Assembly: GCA_038874595.1 (NCBI GenBank)
Contig: JAVZCB010000006.1
Span: 13,818-77,817 of the forward strand
DNA: 64,000 bases
Direction: 5' to 3'
DNA from: Candidatus Micrarchaeia archaeon
GTDB lineage: Archaea; Micrarchaeota; Micrarchaeia; CAILAH01
Under the pieces are notes generated by a model. It saw nothing but the letters and a program-made list of their open reading frames with translations, did no database searches and was not told the DNA's origin. Below are positions 59,938 through 64,000 of this stretch, in pieces (the stretch's first letter is position 1; the number at the start of each line of letters is the position of its first letter). The position numbers and the translations under genes were made by a program.

Positions 59938-60333
59938 TAACCTGTGTGTAAGCATTGCACACGCGTTTTGGTATACTTCTAATCCTGCTTCAGATGCGAG
60001 CCTTACAGCTTCATCATTTACAACCCCAACTTGCATCCATACAATCTTGAGGTTGTTATACCGTTTTTTAAGTTCTATGGCATCTTTTACTATTGGGACA
60101 ACACTTTCACTTTTCCTGAATATGTCAATCATATCAATACGCCGTGCAAGTTCTGGGGGTATATCAAGAAGAGATGGGTAACATCTTATGCCATCTATAC
60201 TTGTATGGTTAGGGTTTACGGGAATGGCCTCAAACCCTTTTTCGCGAAAGTACATCATAACCTTATAGCTATCCCTGTCAATGTTATTTGATGCACCAAC
60301 AAAAGCAATCGTATGTATGTCCTCCCAGTTCAT
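59920..60333 (-). CDS. CoA-binding protein (YccU-like)
   Basis: AFVGAS, PVNP, YPSLLDIP, IDIFR, WMQVG. Confidence 0.9.
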   Translation of the reverse strand: MNWEDIHTIAFVGASNNIDRDSYKVMMYFREKGFEAIPVNPNHTSIDGIRCYPSLLDIPPELARRIDMIDIFRKSESVVPIVKDAIELKKRYNNLKIVWMQVGVVNDEAVRLASEAGLEVYQNACAMLTHRLSAKVP

Positions 60334-60369
60334 GTAAGAACACCCCTCACAGGTAATTTTGCTGTTCAA

Positions 60370-61512
60370 TCAATACCCGCGGTCTATATAGAACTGCATA
60401 CTCTTCACTTCGCGCACGCCGTGATAGTTGCGCGGCTCGCCGCTTTTCCTATTTTTATCCTGGTACGGACCGCGCTGGATTGGGTTCTCATCAATAAACG
60501 TGATCGCATACCCAGTTGCACCCATCCTGCCAGTCCTGCCAATCCTGTGTCTGTGCGTATCAGCATCGGCCGCCTCATCATAGTTTATCACATACTCGAC
60601 ATTATCAATCTGGAGCCCGCGTGCAGCAACATCTGTCGCGATAAGCACGTTTGACCTACCGCTCTTAAACTGCTCCAGCGACTGCTCGCGCTTCTGCTGT
60701 GACAAGTCACCGTGCAATGAGACTGCACGGATACCCCTATTATAAAGCCGCTCACGCAGCATCTCAGCATACCTCTTTGTAGATACGAACACTAGCACGC
60801 GCTGGCGCCCAGCCTGCTTTATATACTTGCAAAGCTCTTTGAACTTCTGCTGGCGCGGTACTATGAATTTCTTTTCAATTATGTTTGTCCCGATTATCTC
60901 TTCTTCGAGCAGGATCTCCTCATACTTAGTAATATATTCCTGTATGAGCACCGCAACCTTACCATCCAGTGTTGCGGAGAATAAATGGGTCTTTTCAGGT
61001 TTTATTATCTCAAGGATTTTCCTGATATCATCGATGAACCCCATGTCAAGCATCCTGTCCGCCTCATCGAGCACTACTGTGTCAAACATCTCCATATCTA
61101 TGTTACCGCGCTCAATATGGTCAAGCAGCCTACCAGGGGTTGCACACAAGATGTCAACTCTTCCGCGCAATACCTGCGTCTCACCTTCTATCCCGTGACC
61201 GCCGTACACTTCAAATACGCGAAGGCCTGTAAACTTATTTATTTGGCGAAGCTCACCCTTAACCTGCATCACAAGCTCGCGTGTTGGGCCAAGTACAAGC
61301 GCAGCGCGTGATTTCCTGTTGATTATTCTATCACTTATAGGTATCCCGAACGCGAGCGTCTTACCGCTACCGGTATGGCTGCGGACGATTACGTTACTGC
61401 CTGAGCACATTATAGGTATTACGCGCTCCTGTACTTTTGTGGGGGTTGTATAATTCATATTAGACAGCGCCTCTTTAAGGCTGGCGCTGAATTCCATATC
61501 TTCAAATTTCAT
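60370..61512 (-). CDS. DEAD-box RNA helicase
   Basis: TGSGKT, PTREL, TPGRL, DEAD, SAT, ARGL, HRIGRTGR. Confidence 0.95.
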   Translation of the reverse strand: MKFEDMEFSASLKEALSNMNYTTPTKVQERVIPIMCSGSNVIVRSHTGSGKTLAFGIPISDRIINRKSRAALVLGPTRELVMQVKGELRQINKFTGLRVFEVYGGHGIEGETQVLRGRVDILCATPGRLLDHIERGNIDMEMFDTVVLDEADRMLDMGFIDDIRKILEIIKPEKTHLFSATLDGKVAVLIQEYITKYEEILLEEEIIGTNIIEKKFIVPRQQKFKELCKYIKQAGRQRVLVFVSTKRYAEMLRERLYNRGIRAVSLHGDLSQQKREQSLEQFKSGRSNVLIATDVAARGLQIDNVEYVINYDEAADADTHRHRIGRTGRMGATGYAITFIDENPIQRGPYQDKNRKSGEPRNYHGVREVKSMQFYIDRGY

Positions 61513-61654
61513 TTCACTTTTCACCTTTATGGTATACGTTATGCGTTTGTACTCCAATTCTAAAACGAGAGAATCAGAATACTCCACCTATTGTATATTG
61601 TGGATTAAGGTAAAGAGTGTTTATATATGTTTGCATCGTTGGCTGATGAACGTG

Positions 61655-61942
61655 TTATTGTTTTTTCTCATTGTCCTTTTTTGCGAGTAGGACTTTGCTC
61701 ATCCCCATAACCCACTTGAGATGGAATACAATATGCACCAACAAGAGAGCAATGAATAATAAACCAAATAACTCATGCATGTTTGCATATGTATGTCTGG
61801 CTATCCCAAACAGGTCTGCCTGCCCTGCAAACCTGCCGCCTCCCGGGAGGACGAAAAATAAAACCAATCCACTTATGGAGACTACTATGAAAAGCAATAT
61901 CATTAAGACATCTACAAAATAGTTGACTTTGTTCGTATCCAT
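61655..61942 (-). CDS. DUF4405-like small membrane protein
   Basis: ISGLVL, MHELFG, HIVFHLKWV. Confidence 0.8.
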   Translation of the reverse strand: MDTNKVNYFVDVLMILLFIVVSISGLVLFFVLPGGGRFAGQADLFGIARHTYANMHELFGLLFIALLLVHIVFHLKWVMGMSKVLLAKKDNEKKQ

Positions 61943-62094
61943 GCTTGCTTTTTTGTATGATATTTTTTAATATCTTATTCTTGTGGTTCTGGTCCTTGCG
62001 GATGTGTTTTAATCCAAATATCTAACTAATAGTTAAGTGCTGGGTTCAAAGGAAGCTACAAAAGTTTAAATATAAAACTTGCAAATAGAATACT

Positions 62095-62508
62095 ATGAAA
62101 GATCCTTTTTCGATTGATATAAAACCCATTAACGTTTGGGGGGATTCTGAAAGAAGAGCTAGGAGAAATAGGAAGAACATTTCCTTTACAGAAAAAGCTA
62201 TTTTATGGGAAAAAAATAAATCACATATATGTCATATATGTAGACAGAAAATACATTCTCTGACAGAGGCAGAAGTAGATCATGTTAGAGCGCACTCAAA
62301 GGGCGGTCAAAGAATTATGTGGGCACATAGGGCATGCAATAGATTAAAGGGAAACAAATCACTTTCAGAAATTCATAGAAGACTGGGTATAAAAACCAAA
62401 TATAAAAAGAAAAAACAAAAAAGAAGAAAGCATTCTAAAAATGGATATGTGCTTAATCCATTGACAGGTTATAAAGAGAGAGTACCAAGCTTTAGATTTG
62501 ATTACTAA
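62095..62508 (+). CDS. HNH endonuclease
   Basis: CHIC..VDHVRAHSKGG..AHRACNRLKGNK; basic C-terminus; TTTAAATA upstream. Confidence 0.88.
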   Translation: MKDPFSIDIKPINVWGDSERRARRNRKNISFTEKAILWEKNKSHICHICRQKIHSLTEAEVDHVRAHSKGGQRIMWAHRACNRLKGNKSLSEIHRRLGIKTKYKKKKQKRRKHSKNGYVLNPLTGYKERVPSFRFDY

Positions 62509-62633
62509 AATTCTACTCGCTTTCTTCGCATAGGTCTTCTTCTTGCTTTGAAGCTAATATTTCCTTTAGATGTCCTAAAAGAAACTGGTCTTTTAGTTTT
62601 GGTTTTTTTCGGTCTTGCTAGAAAAGAGGGCAT
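62505..62633 (-). CDS. 42-aa very basic peptide (not in the ORF track)
   Basis: Manual translation MPSFLARPKKTKTKRPVSFRTSKGNISFKARRRPMRRKRVEF*; converges on the HNH stop codon. Confidence 0.5.
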   Translation of the reverse strand: MPSFLARPKKTKTKRPVSFRTSKGNISFKARRRPMRRKRVEF

Positions 62634-62697
62634 ATTTTTTAATAACACCAAAATGTTATAATTTTAATTACATTAGATATAAGCATGGGGTGAAATA

Positions 62698-62976
62698 ATG
62701 AAATCTTTTCAAAAATTAAGTGCTGAGAAATTAACTTCTTTTTTTGTATTAGCAGTAATTCTTTTGATTGGTATTATTGCACTATCCAGACTAATTAATG
62801 TGTTACCTGATAACGAAACCACTAAAGAATTAAAGGAAAGCTACAAAACAAATACAGATTTTTTTGCCAGATTAATCCCTAATGATTTACCTATATTAAT
62901 TCTTGAAGTTTTATTTGTATTCCTTATTGTTCTTAAAATGTATACTTTATTATCTTCACGAAGAAATACCAGATAG
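62698..62976 (+). CDS. Small two-TM membrane protein
   Basis: GGGGTGA RBS; two hydrophobic segments and an RR tail. Confidence 0.65.
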   Translation: MKSFQKLSAEKLTSFFVLAVILLIGIIALSRLINVLPDNETTKELKESYKTNTDFFARLIPNDLPILILEVLFVFLIVLKMYTLLSSRRNTR

Positions 62977-63044
62977 CTAATTCAATATCTCTTAATTTCT
63001 TTGTCTACATTGAAATTACATTTTATGTCTTGCAGATGATGGCA

Positions 63045-64000
63045 GTTTCAATCCTACAATAGGCTCGATTCTAACGATATACGAAAATGCAACATGGAAT
63101 CATGATGTTGCGTTTCAATCCTACAATAGGCTCGATTCTAACTAAGTAAATATCCATTCTCTCTCGCACAAGCTAATTCGTTTCAATCCTACAATAGGCT
63201 CGATTCTAACCAAATTGTCCCGCAAGCACAGTAGGAGCGCCATACTTTGTTTCAATCCTACAATAGGCTCGATTCTAACACAGTGGTCAAATAATATTGT
63301 ATAATTACACAGGACTGTTTCAATCCTACAATAGGCTCGATTCTAACCATCAGCACAGGAGGGCAGCAAATCACGCTTTTATTGTTTCAATCCTACAATA
63401 GGCTCGATTCTAACCGTCATATAAATAAACTTCCAATGTATCACCTATTTTTGCGTTTCAATCCTACAATAGGCTCGATTCTAACACAAAGAATATTTGA
63501 AAAAGATGATTCTGAAATATGGTTTCAATCCTACAATAGGCTCGATTCTAACCATTACTCCAGTCGAAGCCTCATTTATCTTATAATAGTTTCAATCCTA
63601 CAATAGGCTCGATTCTAACTTTATAAACTCATTAAACTATTTATAAACTTTTTTGGTTTCAATCCTACAATAGGCTCGATTCTAACAAGAAGTATATACA
63701 TTATTTGACTGACCCCCCACGAGTTTCAATCCTACAATAGGCTCGATTCTAACTTTGTATCGCTTCAGAACAGAGGGCTAATAGGACTGTTTCAATCCTA
63801 CAATAGGCTCGATTCTAACAACTGAGAGAAGAAAATCCAGCTTTACGTTGAAAAAGTTTCAATCCTACAATAGGCTCGATTCTAACCTATTTCAAACATG
63901 TATTCATACCCCGTATCCAAAGTTTCAATCCTACAATAGGCTCGATTCTAACCAAATTGTCCCGCAAGCACAGTAGGAGCGCCATACTTTGTTTCAATCC
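63045..64000 (-). CRISPR. CRISPR array: 14 complete 31-bp repeats plus a partial 15th, 14 spacers of 35-40 bp; continues beyond the window
   Basis: Identical repeats GTTTCAATCCTACAATAGGCTCGATTCTAAC. The reverse complement ends in ATTGAAAC, so transcription on the minus strand with the leader to the right is inferred. Confidence 0.98.

Noticed and set aside
62979-63008. Degenerate terminal CRISPR repeat (AATTCAAT...TCTAC) one spacer length before the first repeat
   Set aside because: The spacing fits, but similarity is limited to the ends in AT-rich DNA; too weak to include.
63382-63606. 74-aa ORF with repeated FQSYNRLDSN
   Set aside because: It is a translation of CRISPR repeats and spacers, not a gene.
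63045-64000. Self-targeting spacers
   Set aside because: No match to the rest of the window noticed by eye; needs BLAST.

Overview
Archaeal chromosomal segment. Evidence: EF-1alpha, S3ae, S15, Nop5, exosome and proteasome genes, type 2 IPP isomerase, class III pilins, GGTGA ribosome-binding sites and TTTAAA-type TATA boxes. Compact housekeeping genes, multi-intron tRNAs and many Cys-rich surface proteins suggest a DPANN lineage such as Micrarchaeota (inference only). About 1-38.7 kb is mostly core genes. About 38.7-57 kb is largely accessory: ankyrin and secreted Cys-rich proteins, a radical-SAM/kinase/deaminase/methyltransferase cluster and a caspase-like protein. The last 2 kb hold an AT-rich HNH module and a CRISPR array (31-bp repeat, 14 full repeats, truncated by the window edge, no cas genes in view). 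Most notable observations: (1) six otherwise diverse secreted proteins share a Cys-x-x-Gly/Pro + TM + basic-tail C-terminal signal; (2) tRNA-Asn 3'-end copies form an array downstream of the tRNA; (3) tRNA-Gly has two related introns; (4) an unidentified ~245-nt structured RNA candidate; (5) a G6-tract frameshift splits a surface-protein gene; (6) the radical-SAM cluster; (7) the HNH/basic peptide/membrane module beside the CRISPR array. All calls are by eye from motifs; no database searches were run. Several starts were moved from the ORF track to the most plausible ATG.
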